Source: Octopus sinensis
Lineage: Eukaryota
NCBI RefSeq assembly: GCF_006345805.1
Contig: NC_043008.1
Coordinates: 52,080,001-52,144,000 of the forward strand
DNA: 64,000 nt
Direction of reading: 5' to 3'
The notes beneath the pieces are model-generated. The model was given only the letters and a program-made list of their open reading frames with translations. It was not told the origin of the DNA and made no database searches. Positions 38,075 through 51,159 of this stretch are shown one piece after another; the first letter of the stretch is position 1; each line of letters opens with the position of its first letter. A program made the translations under genes and the position numbers.

Positions 38075-39330
38075 TGTCATCATTGATTAACGTCCATTTT
38101 CTATGCTGGCAGGGGTTGGACAGTTTGACTGAGGTCTGGAGAGCCAGTGGCTGCACCAGGCTCCAATCTGGTCTGGCAGAGTTTCTACAGCTGGATATCC
38201 TTCCTAACGCCAACCATTCCGAGAGTGTAGTGGATGCTTTTTACATGCCACTGGCACAGGAGCCAGTAAGGTGGACCTGGCAATGCTCACATTTGGACGG
38301 TGCTTCTTACATGCCACCGGCACAGGAGCTAGTCAGCAGGTACTAGCATCAGTCATGACTGGTTGGTGCTTTTTACGTGCCACTGGCACCATGACCAGTA
38401 AGGTGGGCCTGGCAACAAGCCCATTTGGTTGGTGCTTTTTACATGCCACCAGCACAGGAGCCAGTGAGTTGGACCTGGCATCAACCACGTTCGGATGATG
38501 CCTTTTATGTGCCATTGGCATGGGAGCCAGTTAGGAGGCACTGGCTCCAGCTATGATATTGGTTTTACTAGACTCAACAGGTCTTCTGAAGTATATCATA
38601 TTGCCCGATGCATCATGAGTATTCTTAACAGGGCTGGACGTGCGTGGCTGCGATATCAACTTCAGTTGCCAGGTCTTTTCAGTCACAGCATATCTCGAAG
38701 GTCCCAGTCTCCTGTCATTGCCTCTGTGAGGCCCAATGTTCGAAGGTCATGCTTCACCACCTCATCCCATGTCTTTCTGGGTCTACCTTTTCCACAGGTT
38801 CCTTCTACAGCTAAGGAGTGACACTTCCTCACACAGCTGTCATCATTCATACATAACACATGGCCATACCAGCGTAGTCGCCTCTTTTGCATACCACATT
38901 TGATGCTTCTTATGCCCAACTCTTCTCTCAGGGTGCTTACATTCTGTCATGTATGCACACTGACATTACACATCCAGCGAATCATACTAGCTCCATTTCT
39001 TTCAAGCCTACGCATGTCCTCAGCATTCATGGCCCATGTTTCACTGCTGTGTAACATGGTAGTTCACACACATGCATCATACAGTCTACCTTTCTCCTTA
39101 AGAGAGAGGCCCTTAGTTGCCAGCAGAGGTAGGAGCTCCCTGAACTTTGCCCAAGCTATTCTTATTCTAGTCGCTACACTCTCAGAGCAACCACCCTGCA
39201 ACAGACTTGATTGCCTAGGTAGCAGAAGCTATTAACTACTAGTTTCTTCCCCTGGTATGTGATGGAATCTGTTTTCTGTACATCTTCAGTGTTTATTGCC
39301 CAACTGCATCTGCCACATACGTACAATACT
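38075..39330 (-). mobile_element. 5'-truncated RTE LINE with expanded 3'-UTR tandem array
   Basis: Minus translation VCGRCS..SFCYLGNQV..RRLRWYGHV..GKGRPRKTWDEVVKHDLRTLGL. The 3' UTR holds five units of about 65 bp (38235-38555). Confidence 0.93.
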
Positions 39331-39559
39331 ACAATTGTTTTCATATTGAAATTTTTAGTAACTGTATCACCCATACACACATACATATATATGATGTCCA
39401 ACCCATGCCAGTGTGGAACATAGACATTAGATGATCATAATCACACACAAACACACACAATATTGGATGTTCAGGTTCAATTTGATAATTTTTTTTATAT
39501 CACCTTTTTTCAGAAGTCACTGAATGGTAAACAGTCAATGACATTGGAGACCATACAGA

Positions 39560-40706
39560 TTTAAGATGTAGTTAAGAAAAACTGAGCTGACATGGAGGAC
39601 TGGAATCCATCTGAATATTAGAAAAGAGTTACCTGAGTCATGATGATGATTCATGCCAGGTGTCAGTATTCCAACATCATGACTGCTGTCCATTCCTCTG
39701 TGAACACTGTAACAGCTGTAAGACATGACATGGACGTCTGCAAGGAAGACAGTGAAGTCATGTCCAGAAGGTGTTCTGTGTCCACAGGCCAGAATTCATC
39801 CAACAACTGCAGGACAAGGTGATTGAAGATCCAAGTAATGGAATCCAACCTTTGATGAGAGAAATGGGTGAAGCTGGCCCTGAATGAGGACCTTCACTAC
39901 TCTTCATGCAAGAGGTACAAGGGACAAATTCTGACAGCCAAGGTCAAGGATCACCACTTGAAGGTAAAGAAGCTCCTGTAAAAGCAAAGGTTTATTTTTA
40001 AGCTGGGAAGGATTTGGTTCTTCTCAGGTGAAAACAATTTCTGAGTGTTGTACAACACCCAGATCAAGAGGTGACTTACCTACAGTCCCTGTGATGTTCA
40101 ATGCATCATGAAAATCAAGTTCTTTCAAACTGTGATGGTCTTTGGGTGTGTCTCCAGTGAGGTGATGTCATGCTTCCCCACATCTTTGAACAGGGCCTTA
40201 GGCTCTATTTAGATGGTGATGTGAAGCTACTGGAGTCAGAAGTCAAACCTTGGCTGGAGAGGATTGTTGCTGGAGGGCCATATGTGTGATAGCAAGATTT
40301 GGTTCCTTGCTATATCTCTGGAAAGTGTTAGTGTTTGTCAGAGAATTTCTATGACTTTCAGCCCCAATTTCTGGCCTCCTAATTCCCTAGATTGTAATCC
40401 CATGGATTACTATGTGTGGGTCCTTGTTGAGAGAGATACTAACTGCTCTGTTTACAACACCAAGGCCGAGCTAGTGGCCAAGATCAAGGAGATATTTGAA
40501 GATCTTCCCAGTGACACAGTGAGGAATGCATGTGCCAGGAAGGTCCCAGAGCTATCTTGAGATTGTGTTGGAAGTTGAGAGTGGCTTGTTTGAGCAAACC
40601 GTTATATCCGAGCCATAATCTGGTTGAAATTTTTTGATTCTTTAAAAAATTTGTGGATGGAATATTGTTTTCTTTTTATGCAAACTAAAATTTAGCCCAA
40701 ACAGTC

Positions 40707-40710
<4 letters not shown>
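39560..40710 (+). mobile_element. Decayed Tc1/mariner transposon, probably maT (DD37D)-like
   Basis: Broken frames read WFFSGENNF, TVMVFGCVSSE, VKPWLERIVAGGPYV, FSPNFWPPNSLDCNPMDYYVW, ELVAKIKEIFEDLP. TIRs are too decayed to confirm. Confidence 0.85.
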
Positions 40711-40743
<33 letters not shown>

Positions 40744-41889
40744 ATATATATATCATATTCTGTTAATTAGCAAATTGGTGGGATCAACCGAGAAAGTTCT
40801 CCATCCAGCAACAGATGAATATTATTTAATAGACACAGGATTTACAATTGAGTTACATTTTGTGTTTTTGATAGTACACAATGTGCTATACAGGCTCACT
40901 TGAATGTAGTAGTAATACTATTATAAGCATGACATTTATGTTTTAAATACTATGTATATTAAATGATACATGTGTATATGTAGTGTACATGCATTATGGC
41001 TGGAATGAACCAGGGAAAGATTAAATATCAAAATAAGGCTAAAGAATTAACATAAATCACCAGATAAAATTAAGATATTGGATAGCCACATGGTTAAGTA
41101 GTTTGCATTACAATCAGTTCAGTCTCACTCTGCTGCACTTTCAGTGTCTTCGACTTTAGCTTCAGCTTGACCAAAGCCATATGAGAGATTTTGGTAGTAA
41201 TTACAGGAAGTATACATGTGTATATGCGCGCACACACACACACATCTGAGAGAGTTGAGAGAGAGGAATGATGATGATTTCAGAAGACCCAACTTAAAAA
41301 CCTCTCTCACTGTAATCAATTCTACCTACATAGTATTCAGTTCTGATTCTTAAATAAATCAGGAGGAAGAGACGGGGATAGCAGCTTCTGTTTATCTCAG
41401 TTTTATTTACCTGCTTGATTACCACTTTGGTAATAATGTTCATAGTGCAATGGACAGTGCCTGAACTATACCTTAACACTATTCATTGTTGTTTTCCACA
41501 AAGCAGCTGCAAACTGTCAATCCTGGGGTAAACTGTTATCACTGAATCTGTGAAGGGAAACAAATTTCTTTGACTTTTCATGGCTTTGTGGTTGAGAAGC
41601 TTGCTTCCCAACCATGTGGTGTTGAGTTCAGTCTCACCATGTAGCACCTTGGGCATGTCTTCTACTATATCCTGGGGCCAACCTAAGCTTTGTGAGTGGA
41701 TTTGGTTGATAGAAACTGTAAAAAGTCCTGTGTGTATATGTCTGTGTTTGTCACCCACCACCTGAAGAAGTCATAAAGGTGTCATAATATACAACATAGC
41801 ATTGATCAGGCATTTTAAACCTGGTGGAATTTATCCTTAATGTCTGAGGGAAACCAGTTTCATCGAGATAAAGTATGTGTACTAACTGC

Positions 41890-42120
41890 GTTAGAGAAAG
41901 CCTGTGGCTTAGTGGTTAGAATGTTCGGCTTGTGATCATAAGATTATGGTTTCAATTCCTGGACCGTGCGATGCATTGTATTCTTGAGTAAAACACTTCA
42001 TTTTATATTGCTTGCAAAAATTAATAATCCTGCAACGGACAGGCGTCCTGTCCAGGTGGGAAATCTATACACCATGAAAACCAGGAAACTGGCCCTATGA
42101 CTCAGGAAGGAACTAACGGC
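41890..42120 (+). mobile_element. tRNA-headed SINE family 3; related heads at about 28540-28650(-), 48690-49010(+), 57060-57410(-), 62925-63215(-)
   Basis: A box ggcttagtggttag, B box ggtttcaattcc, cttgagcaagacactt-type middle. Copies here and at 62925 carry ctgcgatggactggcatcccatccag, which resembles the V-SINE central domain (from memory). Confidence 0.75.
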
Positions 42121-42121
42121 A

Positions 42122-42465
42122 TCAACTGCAGATGAATACCATCAACCATTTGTCTCCAGAATTACTTCTCTTGCATTGCGCTTGGTATGTTACTCCTCAG
42201 TAAACCGATATCTTCAACCAGACGGCCAATAAATGTTCTGACAGGACAGAACCCAAGATGCCTTCTGTGTGTGTTGGTTTCTACTTCAGCATTTGTCTCA
42301 CTATTTGATCCTTATTATGAAAAGTGTCCACAGATTCTCTATTTTCTTTGCTTTATGGTGGAAGCAACTCTTGGGAGATTACCATAATGTACCCTGGTTT
42401 GTTGCATGGGACTGCCATTTGATGTTAATCTTAGATGTCCTGTGTATGTTGCATTTGGATTTCTT
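42122..42465 (-). mobile_element. Decayed 3' end of a second RTE/RTEX-type LINE lineage
   Basis: Minus frames INIKWQSHATN..YGNLPRVASTIKQRK*RICGH..K*KPTH..RRHLG..VRTFIGRLVEDIGL..AMQEK*FWRQMV resemble the post-RT thumb and C-terminus of RTE-group LINEs. Confidence 0.7.
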
Positions 42466-43026
42466 TCCTGTGCCATGAGTGTAGCTGTATAAAGATGTGT
42501 AAGAAAGACAGAGAAGAATTGGCCCCCAATACTTGACTGGTACTTTATCATTGATTCTAAAAGGATGAGAGGCCAAATTGACCTTGGCTGGAGAAGAACC
42601 CAGAAGCAGCAATCTGGAATGATTCTGCAAAGCATTCTGACACTATCTCTGTTAATCGACTACCTTTCATGACAGTACAATTGCATGATTAAATTTGCTT
42701 CACAACTACATGGTTCCAGGTTCAGTTTCATGGTGAAGCACTTAGACACATGTCTTCTACCTATACTCTCGAATGTGTGTGAAATTTGGGAAATGGAAAC
42801 TATATTACGAAGTTGAAAGATAACTGTATACTGCTAAACTATATTCTTGGAGTTATCTTCCTTGCCAATTTTTAAAAAATTTTATTTTTCAGATTTGTAC
42901 ACTCTTAAGATTTTTGTCATCAAATTAATAGGATAATAGCTGATTAAAGGAAAACGTTGACTAATTATTGTGAAATTAGAAGAGAAATTCTATCTCTCAT
43001 TCACACATATAATCAGTGTGAATTAC

Positions 43027-43136
43027 CTCATTGTTCCTAAACATTTGGCCATTCCGGTTGAACCAACATTCTTTGGATAGGTTTTCCTGAAGAGATTTAA
43101 CAAGATCGAAATATGCTCATTGCTTTCATCTATTGC
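43027..43136 (-). other. Candidate coding exon (110 nt, phase 0 to 2) of an unidentified gene or pseudogene
   Basis: ttgcatttttag|GCA...ATGAG|gtaatt. Only one frame is open: AIDESNEHISILLNLFRKTYPKNVGSTGMAKCLGTM. No homology recognised. Confidence 0.3.
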
Positions 43137-43297
43137 CTAAAAATGCAAGGTTTACTCTTTAACTATACTGGCTTACCTCAATTTGTATTGGTAATTAGTT
43201 CCAGGACATGCAACTTAACTTGAAACACACAACATGGAAAACCATTTAAAAAATTTTATCTTATATTTTTTTTTTAATAAATGGTTTGTACATAATT

Positions 43298-43945
43298 TCA
43301 CATGTATTTTATTTGTTTTTCCATTTGAATTTTGGTTTTTAGTTGTTTCTTTAAGAGTTTTATGCTTTTAATATATTTGCTGAGATTGACAGTCAAAAAA
43401 GACAACTTGAAACAACGTAAATTGAGATATACCTGTATTGTCTGAACTCTATCAATACAGACCAAGGCATATAATCCATCAAGACCTGATCTCCACAACG
43501 CAAACCCTTTAAAACATTCTACAGCCAGAGATTCATTGAAAACTGCTTGACCAGAAACATTACAAAACCTCAGGTTTTTACATGAAACCAACAAGTCTTT
43601 AATCTAATTCCAGTTATTACACGTTGGTGTGCTGCCAGCCTTATTCTCTTTCTTTTACAGTACATCATTGTCACTCTCAGTTTGTGAGATATAAACTCCA
43701 CTTCCCATTTTGTCTTCAACTTCAAAACTTCTAGGATCTTGTTAAACAACTGTAATACTGAGCACATGGCTGTTATTAATTACATACAATGTATTTATGA
43801 ATACACATCCATTCATTTGAATTGGGCAGCATGCCTGGGCTAATGAGTCATATTGGTCTTTTGGTAGCCAAAATGTTTCATTTGTGCATGCCATGATTAC
43901 AGTTGATAACAATAGTTTGATTACGGAACAGGTGATCCTGACCAC
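43298..43945 (-). pseudogene. Stop-poor reading frame (216 codons, 3 internal stops), unidentified, possibly a pseudogene
   Basis: Track ORFs 43742-43945 and 43298-43594 share one frame, joined by 49 codons containing two more stops. A donor-like CAG|gtatat lies near 43433. Confidence 0.35.
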
Positions 43946-44420
43946 TGAAAGTTTGTCTGTTCATCTACTCTGCATCTAATGATATTTACCATTCATTCAA
44001 TAAAATTCACTTGCCAAAATAGTTCTTATCCACCATAATTTCAGCATGCCCCTTCTCTGGTGGTTACATGCTGTCTAACCTATAGCAGAGACCCTGAGAG
44101 ATGCTACTTTTCTGGGTCAGACAAGACCTGGGAGTAATAGTGGCTAACAGGTGGTTTCACATTCCTCAAAACCTTGGAGTGCCCTTACCAAGAGCTCCAC
44201 TACTGGATGCAGTTTAAAGTCATATCCACATTAAAAACATATTTAGTGCTGCTGTGTATTTAGCACTGTATTACAATGCAATTAGGCTCTAATATGTAAT
44301 GAAAGACCAACTCTTGATGAAGGAGATCTGTGATCAGTGGCATCCTGTCTTATTTTCAGAAACAGTCTAACTCCCAACTATGTTACATAATGTGTCATCC
44401 TTTTTCGTTTTTAGACATTA

Positions 44421-44902
44421 CTAGCTTAAAAGCTGCTTGATAGGGCAGTTTTTAAGCTACTGACCCGGAATGGGAAGATCTGCAAATAAATTTCTGACTT
44501 GTCTTGGAGAATTTGTTGCAATTGCTTCCTCCAGAGTCATATTCCAATGATGATTATATCCATCACAAAAAGTTACATGAAAAATTGCTGAAAATAATTG
44601 CTGAATTTCGCAATTAATTTCGATTATTTTCAAAATTTATTTCCAAGTTATAAAAATTGTTATTGTACAAAAAAATTCATCGCAAAAAATCACAAAAAAA
44701 AAAAATTACCGAAAACAATTGCAGTAATAAAAAGTTGGGAATCCAAAACTTCAATATTGTGGGTCAGAATTCAGCCCAGAATGTTTTTAATTTACTCAGA
44801 GTTGGCCTGATTCCAAAATGGTATGATATGTTGGGCTATGGCCTCTAGGAGTAAAGTTGAAAAAGTGTGACACTGATACACTGACATTTGTATTATATTA
44901 GA
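44421..44902 (-). mobile_element. Complete non-autonomous Helitron (482 bp) retaining a short Rep-Hel fragment
   Basis: 5' A|TCTAATATAAT at 44902, 3' hairpin plus CTAG|T at 44424-44421, A|T target. Internal HHWNMTLEEAIATNSPRQVRNLFA is a Rep-Hel-like motif. Confidence 0.85.
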
Positions 44903-45045
44903 TGGTGTAGTTTAATGAATATTTGTCTCCTGTTTCTTGTACATCATGAGATCACATAAAGATCTCATCTTCATTTGCTTATCCTTGTGTTTGTGACTTC
45001 CAATATGCTGGTAATGGACACTTTTGGAATGGCTAATACTACAAG

Positions 45046-45190
45046 CAGGGCTGGCCCTGGTGTTGCTGGCACCCCAGGCAAGCTGACAGTTGTGGAAATT
45101 TCCTTGTCCTTGTCACACCTGCCTTGGTGCCCCCCAGCACATGGCACCTCAGTCACCTGCTCGAGTTGCCGGTGCCTTGAGCTGACCCTG
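45046..45190. mobile_element. hAT-type MITE (145 bp)
   Basis: Ends cagggctggcc / gagctgaccctg. Flanking 8-mers actacaag (45038-45045) and attacagg (45191-45198) match 6 of 8, consistent with a decayed 8 bp TSD. Confidence 0.65.
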
Positions 45191-45764
45191 ATTACAGGTA
45201 AGTCAAAGGTGGAAAACTGACAGAATCATTAGTAACCCATGCAAAATGCTTAGCAGCTTTTTGTCAGTCTTTACGTTCTGAGTTCAAACTCTGCTGAAGT
45301 CAACATTGCCATTCATCAGTTACCAGGTGAGCACTAGTTATGATGTAATCGACTTAGCCCTTGCCCCAAACTAAATGACCTGCCAAAATTTGAAACCAGT
45401 ATTACAGACCAGACAGTACTTATAACATTTTTATTATTAATTTCTAGAAAAAGATTGCAATTTTCATCAGCAGCATGCAAAGCTACATCAGAACTACATT
45501 ATTTTGAAAAATAACCTGGTGAAAATCTGAAAAATTTCAAATAGTTGGAAGAAATTTAACAAGATCCAACTTCCATATTCATCAACTGATTCTAAATCAT
45601 TTCTAGGATACATTTGACTGAATTTCTGTCATCTAATTCCTGTTGTATTTCTGCAGATGCGAACATCCTAAGCCTTTGCTTTTCCTCTCTCCTGACATGT
45701 CGGGTTGAGGTCAGCTTCACTTCATGATCAAAGCAAAATCAGTAAAATATTTCTGAGCAGACAT

Positions 45765-46095
45765 ATAGGCGCAGGAGTGGCTGTGTGGTAAGTAGCTTGC
45801 TAACCAACCACATAGCCCCGGGCCAACCAATGCCTTGTGAGTGGATTTGGTAGAAGGAAACTGAAAGAAACCTGTCGTATATATGTGTGTGGGTTTGTGT
45901 GTCTGTGTTTGTCTCCCTAGCATTGCTTGACAACCGATGCTGGTGTGTTTACGTCCCTGTCACTTAGCGGTTCGGCAAAAGAGACCGATAGAATAAGTAC
46001 TGGGCTTACAAAGAATAAGTCCCGGGGTCGATTTGCTCGACTAAAGGCGGTGCTCCAGCATGGCCGCAGTCAAATGACTGAAACGAGTAAAAGAG
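45765..46095 (+). mobile_element. SINE family 2 with a deletion of about 55 bp removing the B box; 6 bp TSD
   Basis: aaccacat|agccccggg joins at an AT microhomology. TSD agacat at 45759-45764 and 46096-46101. Confidence 0.88.
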
Positions 46096-46622
46096 AGACA
46101 TTTGTAGAGAACCTAATACTGCAGTGGAGACAAATCTTTATTTCGATTGGCTGTTTTATTTTTAGTTTGGCCCAGTTTTAACACTGGGATTTCCCCATTC
46201 CTACTGTATCAGTAATTCAGCAAAGCATCAAATCCAATGCTTTTGATGTACCAGGAGTATGACCTGTCAAGGTTAACTTCATTCATATTCATAGTGTGGA
46301 AGTTATCTCCCTTGATTGGATTGCTTCTCAAGGAGTAATCCAATCATTTGAAAACGCAAGGATAATCTTAGCTTATTCTGTCATCTTGTTGCTTTATTCA
46401 TATCTGGAAATAAAGCAGCCATTTCACAGAATCGTTAGCGCACAAAACAAAATATTTAGCGGCATTTCTATCAACTTTGTTCTGTGTTCAAACTCCCACA
46501 AGATTGACTTTGCCTTTCATCATTTTGGGACCAACATAATCAATTAGCCCCTTCCCCCATGATTTCAGGTTTTGTACCTATAGTAGAAATAAAATATTAC
46601 ATCTGTGAATCTTTACAATATA

Positions 46623-46985
46623 CAGGGTGACCCAGGAAAAAAATGGGAACTTTTGAAAAACCCAACAAAAATAAGAAAAATCCGAATCCAGCAAAAAAAA
46701 TTTCATTGACAGAAAGTAAACAACTTGCCTTTTAATAATCTGTACTTCAAAGTATTAATGTCTGAAAATTATGCGCTGTAGATGGTGTCCTCTTCTACAT
46801 ATGCATTTTGTCAATCTGCTTTTAAGGTCCCCATTGCTGGGTGCAACATCTCACTTGGTAAACCACGAATTTTGTCTTGAATTCTTTGTTTCTGTTCATC
46901 CCGTATCCTTGGCCAAGCCATTTAGACCTGACCCTTAAAGTAGCCCCATAAGGAAACATCACAAACTGACAAATCCAGTGATTAT
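46623..46985 (-). mobile_element. 3' remnant of a Tc1/mariner transposon with one terminus
   Basis: TA|CAGGGTG terminus at 46621-46629. Minus translation DLSVCDVSLWGYFKGQV..KQRIQDKIRGLPSEML..(frameshift)RLTKCICRRGHHLQ. Confidence 0.8.
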
Positions 46986-47773
46986 GTAATAGTTAAAGTC
47001 TCCATTGTTGTTGAAACTTTATTATGACAAATGAATTTTGAAAATATCTCGATCTAGCTTTCCATTCTAGCCCCACCAGAACACTGGTAAAGCCATGCTA
47101 GTCTTGTACACTTATATTTCTCTCCAACTCATTGCATTATGTTCAAACTCCATATGTGATGTACAGACTGCAGGCTCTTAGTTTTATACCTTATACTAGT
47201 TTCAGTCATTGGGCCATGGCCATGCTGGAACACTGCCTTGAATGGGTTAGTTAAACAAATGAACCCCAGTTCTTATAGTTTTTAAAACGTCTGGTGCTTA
47301 TGCAATCAATCTCGTTTGCTAAACTGCTAAGTTATAGAGATATAAACAAACTAACACCAGTTGTCAAGTGATGGAAAAGGATCAAGCACAGACATGAATA
47401 CACACACAACAGGTTTCCCTACATATTTTGTCTATCTAATGCACTCACAAGGCATTGGTTGACCCAAGACTATAAGTAGGAAACATTTGTCCAGGATGCC
47501 ATGCAGTAGAACTGAACTTGAAACCATATGGTTGCAAAGTGAGCTTCTTAACCATGCTACCATGCCTGCATCTCTTGATTACTATTTAGATTTCAGTGTG
47601 GTTGTATGATTAAAAAAATTGTGGTTGTATGATTAAGAAAAATTGCTTTGCAGCCATGTGGTTACAGGTTCAGTCTCACTACACTGTACCTTGAATAAAT
47701 GTTTTCTGTTATAGCCCCAGGCTTACCAAAGTTTTGTTGGTAGATGGAAAGTGACAAGCATAGAGTATCTATG

Positions 47774-48001
47774 GTGAGCTGGCAGAATCGTTAGCACGCC
47801 GGGTGAAATGCATAGCTGTATTTCATCTGCCGTTACGTTCTGAGTTCAAATTCTGCCGAGGTCGACTTTGCCTTTCATCCTTTCGGGATCGATTAAATAA
47901 GTACCAGTTTACGCACTGGAGTCGATGTAATCGACTTAATCCCTTTGTCTGTTCTTGTTTGTCCCTTCTATGTTTAGCCCCTTGTGGGCAATAAAGAAAT
48001 A
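47774..48001 (+). mobile_element. SINE family 1 young subfamily, 10 bp TSD
   Basis: TSD agtatctatg at 47764-47773 and 48002-48011. Confidence 0.92.
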
Positions 48002-49630
48002 AGTATCTATGTGTGTACAACACATATACCCTTATCTTGAAATTATCTGCTAATTGTAAATAAACATCATAAAAACAGTGTTCTTTGTAATTTTTTGCAT
48101 AAACATATCTGGCCATTGTGCTGTTCCTGTTTGAAGGGCTAAGAAATATATTACTTAGCAGTAATGAGTATTATGAGTAGTACCTGTATTTCAAAGGGTT
48201 AGCCTTCTCACACCCTGTGTATCTCCCTGAGGACTAAGTTAAAGCTGCGCATGTTTGTGGAGTACTCAGCCATTTGCACATTAATGTCATCAGCAGGCTG
48301 TTCCATTGATTGGATCAACTGGAACTCTTGTCATGGAGTGCCAGTTAGTGAAATGAGTCAACAGTAGTTTATATCCTATTAGTAGCTCTCCACTATGTCT
48401 GGGACAGAGTCACTTAGTCTCATTAACTCAGTCCATTTAATTGTAAATAGGGGGAATAAGATGTTTTGGTGAAGCTGTTTCCACTAAGTGTGATCTGATG
48501 TTGAAGGAAAACAAACATACACACACACATACACACTTCCCAATGACATAGCTTCAGGTTTGGTCCCACTGCTCTGTAGCCTGGGCAGATGTCTCCCACT
48601 ATGGCCCTGGACTGACATTGCCTTACTTGTGAGTGGATTTGGGATGCAGAAACTGAAAGAAGCACTTCTACTATGTTCAGTGAAAGCATATAGCTTAGTG
48701 GTTAGGGCACTTGGCTCATGATCATAAGGCTGTGAATTCAATTCCCGGCAATGTATTATGCCCTTGAGCAAGACACTTTATTTCCTGTTGCTTCAGTCCA
48801 CTCAGCTGGCAAAAAGGAATAGTACCTGTATTTCAAAGGGCCAGCCTTTGTCACACTCTGTGTCATACTGAATCTCCCTGAGAACTACATAAAGTGTACA
48901 TGTGTCTGTGGAGTGCTCAGCCACTTGCATGTTAATGTCACGAGCAAGCTGTTCCGTTGATCGTATCAGCTGGGACCCTCATTGTCGTAACTGATGAAGT
49001 GATCCTATCTATGTACATATATCATGATTTAAGTTCTATGTTCCATGAGAATACAGAATCCGAATGGATATGACAGGTCCAAGGACTGCTTTGTGTTCCA
49101 ATGTCCTCTTTGGCTTGTTTCCTGTGGCTGGATACCTTCTTAAGGTCAATATACATATCTATCTATCGATATATATCTATATATTCTCTTTTACTTGTTT
49201 CAGTCATTTGACTGCGGCCATGCTGGAGCACCGCTTTTAGTCGAGCAAATCGACCCTGGGACTTATTCTTTGTAAGCCCAGTACTTATTCTATCGGTCTC
49301 TTTTTGCCAAACTTCTAAGTGATGGGGACGTAAACACGCCAGTATCGGTTGTCAAGCAATGCTAGGGGGACAAACACAGACACACAAACATATACACACA
49401 CATACATACATATATACATATATATATATACATATATACGACAGGCTTCTTTCAGTTTCCGTCTACCAAATCCACTCACAAGGCATTGGGCGACCCGGGG
49501 CTATAGCAGAAGACACTTGCTCTAGATGCCACGCAGTGGGACTGAACCCGGAACCATGTGGTTGGTAAGCAAGCTACTTACCACACAGCCACTCCTGCGC
49601 CTCTCTCTCTCTCTCCCTCTCTCTCTCTCG

Positions 49631-49666
<36 letters not shown>

Positions 49667-49999
49667 CGTTGATTGTTACTGTGTGTACCCTTGTCTTGAC
49701 ATCCTGGATAGTTGTAAATGAGCATCATTGTCGTACAAGCGATATCATTCGTTTGCAGTCTTACATAAAAGACATGCTTGACCATGGGAAAATATTGCTT
49801 TCAGATTTTGGCACAAGACGAGCAAGTTCGTGGAAGGGTTAAAGTCAATTACATCGACTGATACTTATTTTATCAACCCCGTATGGTTGAAAGGCAAAGT
49901 CAACTTCAGCGGAATTTCAAATCAGAACGTGAAGACGGACGAAAGGCTGCTACGCAACTTGATCGACGTGCAAACGATTCTGCCGGCTCGCTACCTTAA

Positions 50000-50390
50000 T
50001 CTCTCTCTCTATAAAGCTGAAGTTGTGTGTGGCAGGTTTGGTAGCCTTCAACTAACACTATCTCCTCCGAGACCCTGCGGTGCAAGTTGACCAAAATTGA
50101 GAGTGTGATAGAAGAAGGCTTGCTCTTCCTTCCGTAGAAGAAAAAAAATTCAAATCTGACCATGTTAACACCAAATATTATTTACATCAAAAAGGTGCCT
50201 TTTTTCTATGAAAATCCCTATTTTTTACGATTTTTTGTCTGCTGTGTCGCCATTTTTCGGTGTATTTCAAGCAGAAGAATGTCCACTTTAAGAGAATAGC
50301 AAGCTACATAAATTCAAAATTTTTACTTTTCAGAAATTCCAATTCTAAAGGGTCGAAACAAATCCGAGCAACGCCGGGCGACACTGCTAG
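50000..50390 (+). mobile_element. Complete non-autonomous Helitron (391 bp)
   Basis: A|TC start at 50000. 3' ccgagcaacgccgggc hairpin, short spacer, CTAG|T at 50387-50391. No TSD. Confidence 0.88.
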
Positions 50391-51159
50391 TGTAAGAGAA
50401 ACAGAAGCATTTATTGAAATGAAAATTTAGAATTAGAACATGGAGTTATCTCCCTTTACATGTCGTATCAACACACGGTGATTAAATTATTTGAAAAATG
50501 TCGATTTAATTCTTAATTATGAACATTTCTGTACTGTTTATTGTTATTATTATTATTTGTTGTTGTAAGGCGGCGAACTGGCAGATTCGCTATCACGCCG
50601 GAGGAAATGTTTAGCAGTATTTCGTCTGCTGCTACGTTCTGAGTTCAAAATATACCAAGGCCGACTTTGTTTTACAACCTTTCGGGGTCGATGAAATAAG
50701 TACCAGTTACGCACTGAGATCGACGTAATCGACTAGACCCCTTCTCCCCAAAATTTTCAAGGCCTTTACCAGGAGTAGAAATAATTATTTGATGTATTCA
50801 TTAAGGCAGCAAGCTGGCAGAATCGTTAGCACGCCGGCAAAATGCTTACCGGCATTTCGTCACTCCTAACGTTCTGAGTTCAAATTCCAATGAAGTCGAC
50901 TTTTCCTTTCGAGGTCGATGTAATAAAGTACAAGTTGTGTACCGGGATCGATATAATCGACTTATACCCATCCCTAAAATTTCAGGCATTGTGCCTATAG
51001 TAGAAAGGATTATTATTATTATTATTATTATTAGTTTCTGCGATGGTATATAGCTACTCAGCTAGTGAGAATCAATTAGATCTCTTATAGATTGGAAGCA
51101 ACATTTTTCTCAGAATCAAAATGACCCACATCAAATGGATTCTGGAGAGAATCATCGTT

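Noticed and set aside
38235-38555. Repeat-plus-variable-spacer pattern superficially like a CRISPR array
   Set aside because: The variable parts are homologous to each other, the array lies in a LINE 3' UTR of a eukaryote, and there are no cas genes.
39265-39292. Minus-strand ctgaaga-tgtaca-gaaa
   Set aside because: It lies in RTE coding sequence (TEDVQK), and stem II is too short.
41472-41547. Strong minus-strand acceptor (ttgtttcccttcacag|)
   Set aside because: All three frames hit stops within 76 nt; it cannot be tied to a gene without transcripts.
43087-43114. ctgaaga-gattt(aaca)agatc-gaaa, a good hammerhead core with stem II
   Set aside because: No stem I or stem III partner with a UH site is found in any topology, and it is single-copy.
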